Below, piece by piece: positions 9,488-19,170 of a stretch of DNA of 64,000 bases. Within the stretch, counting starts at the first letter, position 1. Each line of letters opens with the position of its first letter. Under the pieces are notes generated by a model. The model did no database searches. It was given only the letters and a program-made list of their open reading frames with translations, and was not told the DNA's origin. Source of the DNA: Candidatus Nanopelagicales bacterium (GTDB lineage Bacteria; Actinomycetota; Actinomycetes; S36-B12); contig JAURFD010000005.1 of the NCBI GenBank assembly GCA_030827125.1, positions 53,046 through 117,045 on the forward strand, in the 5' to 3' direction. A program made the position numbers and the translations under genes.

Positions 9488-11221
9488 CTAGGCGGTGGGA
9501 CGCAATCGTCGCCGGTCGGCGGAGTAGCTCAACGCGGTCGCTGATTCACGCGCTTCTCGGATATTCGTCCACGTGGCTCCGCCGGAGTGTGCCGGCATGC
9601 TCAGGGCAAGGCTTGCGCGCACCAGCCGTGCGCCCTCCAGCCAGGACCACAGCAACTCGGACTCCTCCACAAGTGTCGGTTGGTGCACCTCAACAACCTC
9701 CGCGGTCGAAACCAGCGCGTCCACGGCCGGCCGTGGATCCTGACCGGGCGGGACCGCTCCAGCGGCGGCCAGGCGTCCGTGTCGAATCACGTGAATGTGC
9801 CAGGAACCTTTGTCGACGCGGGCAGCCACGACCTCCTCGGCCTGACGCAGGATGTCCAGCCGGCGTGCGCGGTGGACGGCTCGCAGCACGACCTCGAGCC
9901 GGTCCCGCCAGCCGCGCGCCTCTTCGAACCGGCCTCGCTCCGCAAGTTCGGCCATCCGAGCGCCGACCGCGAGAACGACGGGGCGCATGTCACCCGCCAG
10001 GGCAGCGTAGGCGGTAGCGGCCGTTTCGGCATAGACCGAGGGATCGCCGTCGGTCGCACACGGGGCCGCGCACTGGTGGAGTTGGGCTCGAACACAGCCG
10101 GATGCGCGGCGGGGCGCCCGGGGCAGGCGATCGGTGCACGTCCGGAGTGGGAGGGACAGGTGAAGCGCTTCCGCTGCCTGAGCGGCCGTGGCGCGTCCGG
10201 AGAACGGTCCGATGGCGATGGAGTGACTGGGCCGGACGTCGTTCACGGTGACGAGCCGCGGGTGCGGCTCACTCGTCAGTGCGAGCCAGACCTGACGCTC
10301 CGGATTGCGGGAACGTCGGTTGTAGGGCGGTCGATGTTCGGCGATAAGGCGGACCTCCCGGACCTGCGCCTCGAGATCGGTGGCGCACACGATCGGGTCG
10401 ACGGCGTGCGCGAGACCCACCATCTCGGACATGCGGGGTCGTTGCTCAGAGGCGGTGAAGTAGGTGCGGACGCGCTGTCGAATATTCCGCGAGGTGCCGA
10501 CATAGAGTGGGCGTCCCTGAGCGTCTCGAAAGACGTAGACACCGGGTGCTTCGGGAAGGTCGGCGGCAAGGTGGCGACGCTCCCGCTGCTGCCTCGTCGT
10601 TCGTCCGCCGAAGGCGAGGAGGTCTTCGAGGCTGAAAACTCCCATCGGTCCGACGCGGTCGAACAGGCCGTGGAGAACCGCGACGGTTGCCCGCGCATCG
10701 TCGAGCGCACGGTGGGTGGGGGAGGTGGGTGAGCGGAAGTACTGTGCGAGGGTCTGCAATTTGCAGTTGCGTACGTCGTCCTTCGATAGCGCTCGTCGAG
10801 CGATGCGCGCGGTGTCGACCGTCCGTGGACCGGGCCAGGGCAGCCCATGGAGTTCGCAGGCTCCGCGCAGGAAGCCGACGTCGTACGGTGCGTTGTGTGC
10901 CACGAGCACGGCACCTTGGGCGAATTCCCAGAAACTTAAGGTGGCCGCCGCCACGGATGGCGCGCCGATGAGCATGCGATCGGTGATGCCGGTGAGTGCC
11001 GCAACGAACGGGGGGATCGGCGAGCCGGGATTGACCAGCGATTGGAACTCGCCGAGGACTTCGCCGCCGCGGACTTTGACCGCACCGATCTCAGTGATGC
11101 CGGCATCCTGCGGCTTGCCTCCCGTCGTCTCGAGATCGACCACGACGAACGTGACGTCGGCGAGGGGAGTCCCAAGATCATCGAGCGCCAACTGGCGCCC
11201 GGGGGTCATCGACTCGGCCAT
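9488..11221 (-). CDS. DEDD (DnaQ-like) 3'-5' exonuclease fused to a GIY-YIG (UvrC-N-like) nuclease domain
   Basis: Exo motifs VVDLETTG, HNAPYDVGFL and HRALDDA, followed by the GIY-YIG block GVYVFRD...LYVGTSRNIRQR. Same architecture and position as M. tuberculosis Rv2191. Confidence 0.88.
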   Translation of the reverse strand: MAESMTPGRQLALDDLGTPLADVTFVVVDLETTGGKPQDAGITEIGAVKVRGGEVLGEFQSLVNPGSPIPPFVAALTGITDRMLIGAPSVAAATLSFWEFAQGAVLVAHNAPYDVGFLRGACELHGLPWPGPRTVDTARIARRALSKDDVRNCKLQTLAQYFRSPTSPTHRALDDARATVAVLHGLFDRVGPMGVFSLEDLLAFGGRTTRQQRERRHLAADLPEAPGVYVFRDAQGRPLYVGTSRNIRQRVRTYFTASEQRPRMSEMVGLAHAVDPIVCATDLEAQVREVRLIAEHRPPYNRRSRNPERQVWLALTSEPHPRLVTVNDVRPSHSIAIGPFSGRATAAQAAEALHLSLPLRTCTDRLPRAPRRASGCVRAQLHQCAAPCATDGDPSVYAETAATAYAALAGDMRPVVLAVGARMAELAERGRFEEARGWRDRLEVVLRAVHRARRLDILRQAEEVVAARVDKGSWHIHVIRHGRLAAAGAVPPGQDPRPAVDALVSTAEVVEVHQPTLVEESELLWSWLEGARLVRASLALSMPAHSGGATWTNIREARESATALSYSADRRRLRPTA

Positions 11222-11318
11222 GCTCTGACGCTAGGCCTCCGGTCTGACACCGCCGGTTCGCGACACCCGGCAAACTGCCGACCGTCGGTCGAACTCCGCT
11301 CACCGTTAGGGTCGCGCC

Positions 11319-11588
11319 ATGGCCGATTTCCCGGACGCTCAGCACCGGTGGCGGTGTGGTCACTGCGGCAACCTCACTCGCTTTGACGTGCTACGCAGCG
11401 CGCGGACGCGCGAGTTCTGGCACGTCAATCTCGCCGGTGAGCCGGAGGTCGAATCCACCGAGGTGCTTGAGGGCGCGATTGAAGAAGTGCGCTGCCGGTG
11501 GTGCGGGAACACCGATCGAATCGAGATCATCGCTCGACCCGAGCCCGGCCATGAGGGCGATAGCCCGCACGACATGGGTGGCGTCTAA
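11319..11588 (+). CDS. Small zinc-ribbon-like protein (two CxxC pairs)
   Basis: 89 aa containing CGHCGN and CRWCGN. High GC3. Confidence 0.6.
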   Translation: MADFPDAQHRWRCGHCGNLTRFDVLRSARTREFWHVNLAGEPEVESTEVLEGAIEEVRCRWCGNTDRIEIIARPEPGHEGDSPHDMGGV

Positions 11589-11651
11589 CTTCTCCGGCGC
11601 GGTGCCCCGCTCACCGTGTGGTCAATGCTCGGGATGACGCTGTGGATGGCG

Positions 11652-11733
11652 TGGGCAAGGTTGCCCGCACGGAAAGTCCCCGGCTGTGGAAGGCGCTGGC
11701 AGGGTTGCCCGCAGGAAATGGCCCGGCCTGTGG
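11652..11733. repeat. Imperfect ~38-nt direct repeat x2 (period 44) in the leader of the Cys4-peptide/M48 operon
   Basis: TGGGCAAGGTTGCCCGCACGGAAAGTCCCCGGCTGTGG versus CTGGCAGGGTTGCCCGCAGGAAATGGCCCGGCCTGTGG, each with a small GGCA..TGCC hairpin. Followed by duplicated GGTCCCTTCG and a GGTCC-CTTC-GGACC hairpin at 11755-11768. Confidence 0.8.
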
Positions 11734-11877
11734 GCGGAGCGGTCCCTTCGTGATGGTCCCTTCGGACCCGGTCACTGTCGGACCCCCCATCTAACGTGCT
11801 CGACATGAACAACGTCAGCCTATGCCGACCCCCTGACCTTCAGCGGGACTGCAGTGTCGTGACCAGGAGGACCTGCC

Positions 11878-12075
11878 ATGTCCAGCGGTGATATCTCCAT
11901 CGACTGCGATCGGTGTCTTGCGCGGCCAGCTGCGTGTGGGGACTGCATCGTGACCGTCCTGCTCGGCCCTGTGGGGACCGTCGGTGAGCAGGAGCGCGCG
12001 GCCTTCGCCGTGCTCGCGGATTCCGGCCTGGTCCCGCCACTTCGGCTCGTCACAGACGTCGAGGGCGTCGCATGA
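11878..12075 (+). CDS. Small Cys4 protein (CDRC...CGDC), function unknown
   Basis: 65 aa. Strong SD (AGGAGG) 6 nt upstream of the ATG. Its stop lies 8 nt before the GTG of the downstream M48 peptidase. Confidence 0.65.
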   Translation: MSSGDISIDCDRCLARPAACGDCIVTVLLGPVGTVGEQERAAFAVLADSGLVPPLRLVTDVEGVA

Positions 12076-12082
12076 TGGCGGA

Positions 12083-13309
12083 GTGACGCCCGCCCGAGCT
12101 GCTGCCGCCGCCGTCGTACTCGCGCTGGCGGGCATCATCATCGGTGTTGTCGCCATCCCCTGGGACGCGATGGTCACGCCCTGGGCCTCGTTGGACGTCA
12201 CCGCGATTGCCGCGTTCACGCAGGCTCAGGTCACGACCATCGCCGAGTACGCCGATGCCGTCTGGCTCCCGTCGCTGCTGGCCTGGCTGGCCGGTCCGAC
12301 CACGGCCATCCTCGTCGTGGCCTTTCCGCGTTGGCGGCGACGCCTGTGCTCCCTCGGCCCGCAAGGCCGACCATTCCTCGGTGACCTCGTCGCTGTCGCA
12401 GCGCTGCTCGTGCTCGCGCGACTGAGCACGGTGCCGTGGTGGCTGTGGGCCTCCTCCGTCCGCCGCGATGCCGGACTGCTCATCGCGCCATGGTGGACCG
12501 AAGCGCTTCGCTGGATCGCCGAGTCTCTCGCCGTGGTGGGACTGGGCGCCATCGCTGCTGCTGCCGCCATGGCCGTGGTGCGACGGTGGCCCACGCACGG
12601 CTGGCTTGCGGTCGTGGTGGCCGCCATGGTGGTCACGGCGACAGTCAGTGCGCTTGCCCCATTGCTGCAACGCGTTGAGGGGACGCGTGCGGATCCGGCG
12701 CTGACGGCACGGGTGATGGCCATCGCCGATCAACTCGGCGTGGACGTCGGCAACGTCACCGTGATCGAAACGGCAGACCGCTCGCCCGCCCTCAATGCCA
12801 ACGTTTCCGGCTGGGGCCCCACGCGCACGGTCACCCTGTTCGACACCGTCACCGCGGACGCGACCGGCGCTGAGATCGACGCTCTCGTCGCGCACGAGTT
12901 GGTCCATGTTCGTGAGAACGACGTTGTCCTGGGCACGGCACTCGCCGTTGTGGGGACCGGCGTCGTGGTGAGTCTGGGCTTCGCGCTGGCATTCACCGTG
13001 CCGGTCAGGCGACGACTGGACGCGCGCGCGGTGGCGGATCGGCCCGTGCTGCTGTTGCTCGTGGCTGTTGTCATGACCGGCTCGGTGTTCGGCACTATCG
13101 TCGCCGCCAGCATGAGTCGTTCCATCGAGGCGCGAGCCGACCGCGAGGCGGTGGCTGCCACGGGCGATCCGTCGGCGTACTCCGATCTCATGATTCGTCT
13201 GGCCGTGACCAACAAATCCACCCTCGAACCACCGCAGTGGCGCTACGCCCTGTTCTTCACGCACCCCACACCACTGCAAAGACTCGCGGCGCTTGACGCA
13301 GCGAACTAG
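12083..13309 (+). CDS. Membrane-bound M48 family zinc metallopeptidase
   Basis: HExxH (HELVH) plus the downstream EARADREA third-ligand block, with an N-terminal multi-TM region. GTG at 12083 chosen as start; the longer ORF from 11984 overlaps the upstream gene. Confidence 0.8.
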   Translation: MTPARAAAAAVVLALAGIIIGVVAIPWDAMVTPWASLDVTAIAAFTQAQVTTIAEYADAVWLPSLLAWLAGPTTAILVVAFPRWRRRLCSLGPQGRPFLGDLVAVAALLVLARLSTVPWWLWASSVRRDAGLLIAPWWTEALRWIAESLAVVGLGAIAAAAAMAVVRRWPTHGWLAVVVAAMVVTATVSALAPLLQRVEGTRADPALTARVMAIADQLGVDVGNVTVIETADRSPALNANVSGWGPTRTVTLFDTVTADATGAEIDALVAHELVHVRENDVVLGTALAVVGTGVVVSLGFALAFTVPVRRRLDARAVADRPVLLLLVAVVMTGSVFGTIVAASMSRSIEARADREAVAATGDPSAYSDLMIRLAVTNKSTLEPPQWRYALFFTHPTPLQRLAALDAAN

Positions 13310-14535
13310 TCCTTCGGTGGGGGTGTGACCGGCCCGTCCTTCCCCGCGGGTGTGACCACCTCAGGACGACGTAGGGCCCGGCGGCCGACCACCCAGAGGG
13401 CCCAGCCCGTGGCGATCAGCAGCAGGGCAATGCGCACGACCTGCAGACTCACGGCCCACCAGGAACCATTGAGGAAGCTGCCATAGCCGAAGGGATAGAT
13501 GATCTGGGTCACCAGGACCGATGGCACGAGAATCCAGACCACCTTGCGCAGACGACTCATCGGATCGAGGAAGACGACGGAGGCAACTCCGAGAAGCCAG
13601 ACCGAGTACTGCGGGGACAGCACCCGACTGGTGACCATGCTGACCAACAGCACCGTCAGCGCAACGTCGACCGGCGCGCTGGACTCGAGTCGGCCCAGCA
13701 GTCGGAGAATGCCCATGGCTCCCATGACGGCGAAGCCCAGCACGGTGATGCCGAGGCCCAGGGGGATGGTGAGAGGGACGTCCACCTCCATCGCGCCGAA
13801 TCGGAATTCGGTCGGCACCTCACCGAACACATTGGCGACCATGAAGGGCAGCGCGCCCACCGATTCGACCTGAAGTCCGCGGGCGCCCTGCTCGCCGAGG
13901 AAGGAGACGCCGCCGGTGGACCACAGCGTGACACCGATGAGGATGGCGACGATGGCGAGCGTGAAGCCGAGGATGCCGCCAGGGAGGGATCGCCGGGGCA
14001 GAGCAATAAGCATGAGCCCAGGCCACACCTTGAGCATCGTTCCGACGCCGGCGGCGACTCCGCTCCACAGGGGTCGCGCGACCAGGACCAGGGTGAGAAC
14101 CGCCGCGAACGTCGGCAGGACATCGAAGCGAGCCAAGAAGACCGGGCCGACCACTACGGCACCGACTATCCAGGCCCAGGCAGCGTCGTAGCCGACGTGC
14201 CGCCGACGTCCCGCCACGGCGAGGACAACGAGCGTCGCGAGATCACACAACAGCGCGATGAGAACGAAGCCCGCAACCGGGTTGGATCCGATCGCCGCGG
14301 CGAGCGCAAAAACGATGCCAGCCCCGGGCGGGTACTGCCACATGTCGTCGCCGACGGGGAATCGCCCGGTGACGAGCAGATTGGACCACTCGGCATAGAG
14401 CTTGACGTCATTGATGATGAGCGGGCCGTCGGGGTAGGGCACGTTGCCGGTGAGCGCACCGATGAGGAAGAGTCGCGTGACCACCCACGCTGATGCCAAG
14501 ACCGCCGTGCTACTGCGCAATCGATCGAATGTCAC
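13306..14535 (-). CDS. GT87/DUF2029-type polytopic glycosyl(mannosyl)transferase
   Basis: 409 aa with about 10 TM helices. The N-terminal loop INDVKLYAEW...WQYPPGAG resembles the GT87 family. A GTGA overlap joins it to the upstream response regulator stop. Confidence 0.7.
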   Translation of the reverse strand: MTFDRLRSSTAVLASAWVVTRLFLIGALTGNVPYPDGPLIINDVKLYAEWSNLLVTGRFPVGDDMWQYPPGAGIVFALAAAIGSNPVAGFVLIALLCDLATLVVLAVAGRRRHVGYDAAWAWIVGAVVVGPVFLARFDVLPTFAAVLTLVLVARPLWSGVAAGVGTMLKVWPGLMLIALPRRSLPGGILGFTLAIVAILIGVTLWSTGGVSFLGEQGARGLQVESVGALPFMVANVFGEVPTEFRFGAMEVDVPLTIPLGLGITVLGFAVMGAMGILRLLGRLESSAPVDVALTVLLVSMVTSRVLSPQYSVWLLGVASVVFLDPMSRLRKVVWILVPSVLVTQIIYPFGYGSFLNGSWWAVSLQVVRIALLLIATGWALWVVGRRALRRPEVVTPAGKDGPVTPPPKD

Positions 14536-15173
14536 GGCGAGTCGTCAGGTGCGGCGAGCAGCCCCAACTTGAGTGCTGTCATGAGCGCTTGGGCTCGGTT
14601 GCCCGCGCCGAGTTTGTCGTAGAGCTTGGAGATGTGAGTCTTGGTCGTGGACTCCGAAATGTAGAGCTGTCGCGAAATCTGCGCGACGCCCAAGCCATCA
14701 GCGAGAAGTGTGAGCACCTCACGTTCACGCGGGGACAATTGGGGACCCTGCGGCGACGTCCGGCGCTTCAGCGCCTCGGCGAGGTCCGCGGAGGTGAAGG
14801 ACCGCGGAGCGGTGGCCGCATGGCGAGCTGCGGCGACGATTTCCTCAGCGGGCGCGCTCTTGGGCACAAAGGCACTCGCCCCCGCTTCCAGGGCATCGAA
14901 GAGTTGGTTGTCGCCGGCGTACATGGTGAGAACGACGATCCCCATGTCGGCGCTGTGGTCGCGGAGAGCCCGCACGATGTCGAGTCCCGTCCCATCAGGC
15001 AGACGCAGATCGACAATGGCAACAGTCGGATCGGTCTTGCATCCGACGGCGATGGCCTCAGCGACACTCGCGGCTTCGGCGATGACCTCGAAGTCTGCCT
15101 CGCGCTCGAAGGCGCGGCGCAGTCCTTCGCGGATGAGTTCGTGATCATCGGCCAGCATGACGCTGATGGTCAC
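14532..15173 (-). CDS. NarL/LuxR-family response regulator
   Basis: REC domain (MLADDHE, VDLRLPDG) plus a LuxR HTH (LSPREREVLTLLADGLGVAQISRQLYISESTTKTHISKLY). A GTGA overlap joins it to the kinase stop. Confidence 0.9.
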   Translation of the reverse strand: MTISVMLADDHELIREGLRRAFEREADFEVIAEAASVAEAIAVGCKTDPTVAIVDLRLPDGTGLDIVRALRDHSADMGIVVLTMYAGDNQLFDALEAGASAFVPKSAPAEEIVAAARHAATAPRSFTSADLAEALKRRTSPQGPQLSPREREVLTLLADGLGVAQISRQLYISESTTKTHISKLYDKLGAGNRAQALMTALKLGLLAAPDDSP

Positions 15174-16759
15174 CGGTGGTCCCCCTTCGTCGTCGCGCCT
15201 GCGGCGGTCTCCAGGGATAACTCCACCACAGTGCCTGAGGGGCTTCGCCGCTTGATGGTCAATTCCGCGCCGATGCGTGCAGCGCGCTCCCGCATGATCT
15301 GCAGTCCGTAGTGGTTCGGGCGACCTCGGCTATCGGGGATTCCCTTGCCGTCGTCAGCCACGCGGAGAAAGGCTCCGCCCTCGGTGACGCGATAGGTCAC
15401 CCACAGCGTCCGAGCTTCGGCGTGACGCCGCGCATTGCCCACGGCTTCCTGGGCAATGCGCAATATCTCGGGGGCGACGCCGGGAGGCAGCCGACTGGCA
15501 TCCTCGTCAAGGACTAGGTGCACGGTGAGACCGGATTCGGCACCGACCGCCCGGACGTGGCTGGAGAGCGCATCACCGATGCCGGCGCCGGCCTCGGAGC
15601 GCAGATCGAAAATGGAAAGCCGCAGTTCGGTGACGATACGGGTCAATTCCGCACGCACACGCTCCAGGGCGGTGCGGGTCGCCTCGTCCGTTGCCTGGCT
15701 GTGGGCGTCGTCGACGAGGAAGCCAAGGCCCGCGACCTCCTGGGCGATCCCGTCGTGGATCTCGCGCGCGAGACGGCGCCGCTCCTCGAGGGTGGCCAGG
15801 TCGCGAACCTCATCGAAGAGTCGTGCCGTGTCGAGCCGGAGAGCCGCCTCGTCGGCCATCCGTTGTGCGTCAACGAGACGCTCGACGGGCCACAGTCCGT
15901 CGTCGCGTTCGAGGCCGACCAGTCCTATGGCCTTGTCGCCGAGGCGCAGGGGGATTACCGCGCAGGAGTGACCGGTGCCGATCTCCGGGCCGGTCATGCG
16001 GCCGAGGCGTTGCACGGCGCTGCCGGTCTCCCATGCTTGTCCCCACAGTCCCGAGTGCAGCGTCGGGCTCCAGCCGGGAGATCCCTCGGGGACGCGGGCG
16101 ACGGGCACCAGACTTCCGCTATCGATACGCACGAAGACCTCGGCGCGGTCGAAGGGCAGGACCGAACTGAGCCGCTCCAGTGCGCTTTCGGCCAGGGTTG
16201 TCTCTTCGAGTCCGCCGGGCAATTGACGGGCAATATCGCGCAGCGAGGTCAGCAGGCGTCGTGCCGCGTCGTAGTCGGTGGCCGGTGGTGCGATTCGCTC
16301 GCGGATGTGAGCCGTCATGAGAGCGCCGAGTCCGAGGGCCGCACCAATGGCAAGCGCGACGATGACGTCGGCCACCGCGGTGGGCAGTTCCTCGCTGACG
16401 CGGATCGTCGTCCCCGCAACGAGGACCAGTCCCTCCGTGGCGATCGTGGCGCCAAGCCCCGGGAGGCCGAGAGAGTACGCGGCGATGAGTGGGGGTACGA
16501 GGAGGTAGGCGATGGATGGGCGATCTCCCGGCATGGCCGTGACAACGACGAGCGTCGCAGCCCCGGCCTCCATGAATTGCACGGCGTACGGAAACCAGAC
16601 CGGTCGCGAGGCCCACGACGCCACCGTTGCCACGACGGCAATGAGGGCGATGATCGCCACCTGGCCGGTGGAGACGCCCATGTCTCCGGTGACGATGGCG
16701 AGCGCGAGGACCGCGAGAACGCCGACGGTTCGGGTGAGGGCATCACGGCCCCGCCGCAT
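15170..16759 (-). CDS. Membrane GAF-domain sensor histidine kinase (HisKA_3 type)
   Basis: N-terminal TM bundle, a central GAF-like region, the H-box REIHDGIAQE and a C-terminal HATPase. ATG at 16759 chosen so as not to overlap the fadD 3' end. Confidence 0.85.
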   Translation of the reverse strand: MRRGRDALTRTVGVLAVLALAIVTGDMGVSTGQVAIIALIAVVATVASWASRPVWFPYAVQFMEAGAATLVVVTAMPGDRPSIAYLLVPPLIAAYSLGLPGLGATIATEGLVLVAGTTIRVSEELPTAVADVIVALAIGAALGLGALMTAHIRERIAPPATDYDAARRLLTSLRDIARQLPGGLEETTLAESALERLSSVLPFDRAEVFVRIDSGSLVPVARVPEGSPGWSPTLHSGLWGQAWETGSAVQRLGRMTGPEIGTGHSCAVIPLRLGDKAIGLVGLERDDGLWPVERLVDAQRMADEAALRLDTARLFDEVRDLATLEERRRLAREIHDGIAQEVAGLGFLVDDAHSQATDEATRTALERVRAELTRIVTELRLSIFDLRSEAGAGIGDALSSHVRAVGAESGLTVHLVLDEDASRLPPGVAPEILRIAQEAVGNARRHAEARTLWVTYRVTEGGAFLRVADDGKGIPDSRGRPNHYGLQIMRERAARIGAELTIKRRSPSGTVVELSLETAAGATTKGDHR

Positions 16760-16809
16760 GGCAAAGCCCGGCGCGGACGAGGTGATCGTCCCGCCGGGCC
16801 CGCCCGTGG

Positions 16810-18606
16810 TCAGGAGTAGAGCGCGTCCACGTCCGATGAGAACTCCTTCATCACGACGTTGCGCTTGAGCTTCATCGATGGGGTGAGCTGGCCACCCTCC
16901 TCGGTCCAATCAACCGGGAGGATCGTGAACTTCTTGATGGCCTCAGCGTGCGACACGGCCTTGTTGGCCTCGTCGACGGCACCCTGGATCTCGGCGATGA
17001 GCTCGGGATCGTTCGTGACCGAGGCGATGGTGGTGTCGGCCGGCCTGCCGGTCTGCTTCAACCACGCCGGGAAGGACTCCGGATCGATGGTCACGAGCGC
17101 GGCGATGAAGGGCTGCGCGTCGCCGACCACCATGCACTGACTCACCAGCCAGTGGCCGCGCAGTCGATCCTCGAGCACCGCGGGTGCGACATTCTTGCCG
17201 CCCGCAGTCACGAGCAACTCCTTCTTGCGACCGGTGATCTTCACGAAACCCTGGTCGTCGATCTCGCCTACATCGCCGGAGTGGAACCAGCCGTCGGGCT
17301 CGATGGCCTCGGCGGTGGCCGTGGGGTTGTTCCAGTAGCCGACGAAGATCTGCGCACCGGCGAGCATGAGTTCGCCGTCTGCCGCCACCTTGACCGAGGC
17401 GCCGGGGAAGGGCTGGCCCACGGTGCCGATCTTGATGGCGTCGGGTCGGTTGACCGTGGTCGCCGCGGAGGTTTCGGTGAGGCCGTAGCCCTCGAGGATC
17501 GTGACGCCGATGCCGCGGAAGAAGTGGCCGAGACGTGATCCGAGCGGGGCACCGCCGGAAACCGCCCAGGCCACCTTGCCACCCATGGCGGCACGGAGCT
17601 TGGAGTAGACCAACTTGTCGAAGATCTTGTGCTTGATCTTCAGGCCGAAGCCCGGGCCGCCGGAGTCGAGGGACTCGGAGTAGGCGATGGCCGTCTTGGC
17701 GGCCGTATCGAAGATATTGCCCTTGCCCTCGGCGGTGGCCTTCTGCTGCGCCGAGTTGAAGACCTTCTCGAAGACGCGCGGCACGGCGAGGAGGAAGGTG
17801 GGCTGGAAGGACTGCAAATCACCGAGGAGGTTCTTGACGTCGGGTGCGTGTCCAAGTCGAGAGCCCGAGCGGATGGCACCGAGTTGAATGATGCGTCCGA
17901 AGACGTGGGCGAGGGGGAGGAACAGCAGCGTCGACGAACCCGGCGTGCTGAACAACTGCGGCATGGCCGCCACCACGTTGTCGACCTCAAACATGAAGTT
18001 GCGATGGGTCAGCATGCAACCCTTGGGGCGACCGGTGGTCCCGGACGTGTAGATGATGGTTGCGAGCGATTCGGGATTGAGTGTCGCGCGGCGGCTCTCG
18101 AGTTCCTCATCGCTGACGCCCGCGCCTGCGGCGGCGAGAGTGTCCAGCGCGCCATCGTCGAAGATCCAGACACGCGAGCAGTCGGGAAGGTCCTGCGACA
18201 CCTCGTCGAAGACCGCCTTGTTCTTGTTGCTCTCGAGGAAGACACCCACGGCGCCGGAGTCACCGAGGATCCACTGAACCTGCTCGGCGGAGGAGGTCTC
18301 GTAGACCGGGACAACGGTCCCGCCGGCATACCAGATGGCGTAGTCCGCCACCGTCCAGTCGTAGCGGGTGCGCGACATGATGGCGACGCGCTGACCCGGC
18401 TCGACGCCGGAGGCAACGATGCCCTTGGCCACCGCCTTGACCTGGTCGAGGAACTGCTGCGAGGTCACTCCGACCCAGGCACCCCCACGATGGACGGACA
18501 GGGCGACGCGATGCGGCGCTTGATCGGCGTTCTCGAGGATGGCATCGACCAGGCTGCCCGACGTGGGCGCAGGAATGATGGCAGGAACGCTGAACTCGGT
18601 CTTCAC
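16810..18606 (-). CDS. fadD: Long-chain fatty acid-CoA ligase (AMP-dependent synthetase)
   Basis: AMP-binding signature IIYTSGTTGRPKG, 598 aa. Position corresponds to mycobacterial fadD15. Confidence 0.9.
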   Translation of the reverse strand: MKTEFSVPAIIPAPTSGSLVDAILENADQAPHRVALSVHRGGAWVGVTSQQFLDQVKAVAKGIVASGVEPGQRVAIMSRTRYDWTVADYAIWYAGGTVVPVYETSSAEQVQWILGDSGAVGVFLESNKNKAVFDEVSQDLPDCSRVWIFDDGALDTLAAAGAGVSDEELESRRATLNPESLATIIYTSGTTGRPKGCMLTHRNFMFEVDNVVAAMPQLFSTPGSSTLLFLPLAHVFGRIIQLGAIRSGSRLGHAPDVKNLLGDLQSFQPTFLLAVPRVFEKVFNSAQQKATAEGKGNIFDTAAKTAIAYSESLDSGGPGFGLKIKHKIFDKLVYSKLRAAMGGKVAWAVSGGAPLGSRLGHFFRGIGVTILEGYGLTETSAATTVNRPDAIKIGTVGQPFPGASVKVAADGELMLAGAQIFVGYWNNPTATAEAIEPDGWFHSGDVGEIDDQGFVKITGRKKELLVTAGGKNVAPAVLEDRLRGHWLVSQCMVVGDAQPFIAALVTIDPESFPAWLKQTGRPADTTIASVTNDPELIAEIQGAVDEANKAVSHAEAIKKFTILPVDWTEEGGQLTPSMKLKRNVVMKEFSSDVDALYS

Positions 18607-18749
18607 AGGCTCTCCCGGGGTCAGTCTCCCCGCGTGGAGAGACGCTGCTCCTAGTCACGCTAAGGGATTGGCCGCGCCAGGGCTACCCGAATGCCTCACT
18701 CGACCCGGCCAGAGGGCGACTCGTCACTTCTGCGCCCTATTCTGAGGCC

Positions 18750-19160
18750 ATGGCCAGTGTGGACCTCGTCGACGAGACCTACGTCGTCGTGGAGCGCTCC
18801 CGGATCGCCGCGGTCGTGTCCGATCCGGACCGCTGGCGGACCTGGTGGCCGTCGCTGGAGTTGGTGGTCTTCATGGACCGGGGCCTTGACGGCGTCCGCT
18901 GGTCGATCACCGGCGATCTTGTCGGTTCGGCGGAAATCTGGCTTGAGACGCAGCCCGAGGGTGTCCTTGTCCACTATTACCTGCGCGGTGAACCCACGGT
19001 GCCCGGCAGTCGCACCGAGCCACGCCGCCTCCCCGACTCCGCCCGCGGACTGCGCGAGATGGACCGACTGCGCCGCCGCCACGCATTGTCCTGGAAGCGC
19101 ACCGTATGGGCCCTCAAGGACGAACTCGAGGGCGAACGTCCTCCCGGTGAACCCGGCTAG
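18750..19160 (+). CDS. SRPBCC (cyclase/dehydrase-like) family protein
   Basis: 136 aa. By-eye similarity to the polyketide cyclase/dehydrase lipid-binding fold. First of a tandem pair. Confidence 0.6.
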   Translation: MASVDLVDETYVVVERSRIAAVVSDPDRWRTWWPSLELVVFMDRGLDGVRWSITGDLVGSAEIWLETQPEGVLVHYYLRGEPTVPGSRTEPRRLPDSARGLREMDRLRRRHALSWKRTVWALKDELEGERPPGEPG

Positions 19161-19170
19161 GCTGCCGCCC

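Noticed and set aside
11668-11690. GGAAAGTCCCCGGC, reminiscent of the RNase P RNA GGAAAGUCCGGGC box
   Set aside because: The other universally conserved RNase P blocks (the GGUAAGAGC-type and ACAGAACCCGGCUUA-type segments) are absent. The intergenic space (~290 nt) is also too short for an actinobacterial RNase P RNA.
16760-16909. Longer start (16909) for the GAF histidine kinase
   Set aside because: It would overlap the last 100 nt of the fadD gene with a Gly/Arg-rich extension. The ATG at 16759 starts right before the first TM helix.
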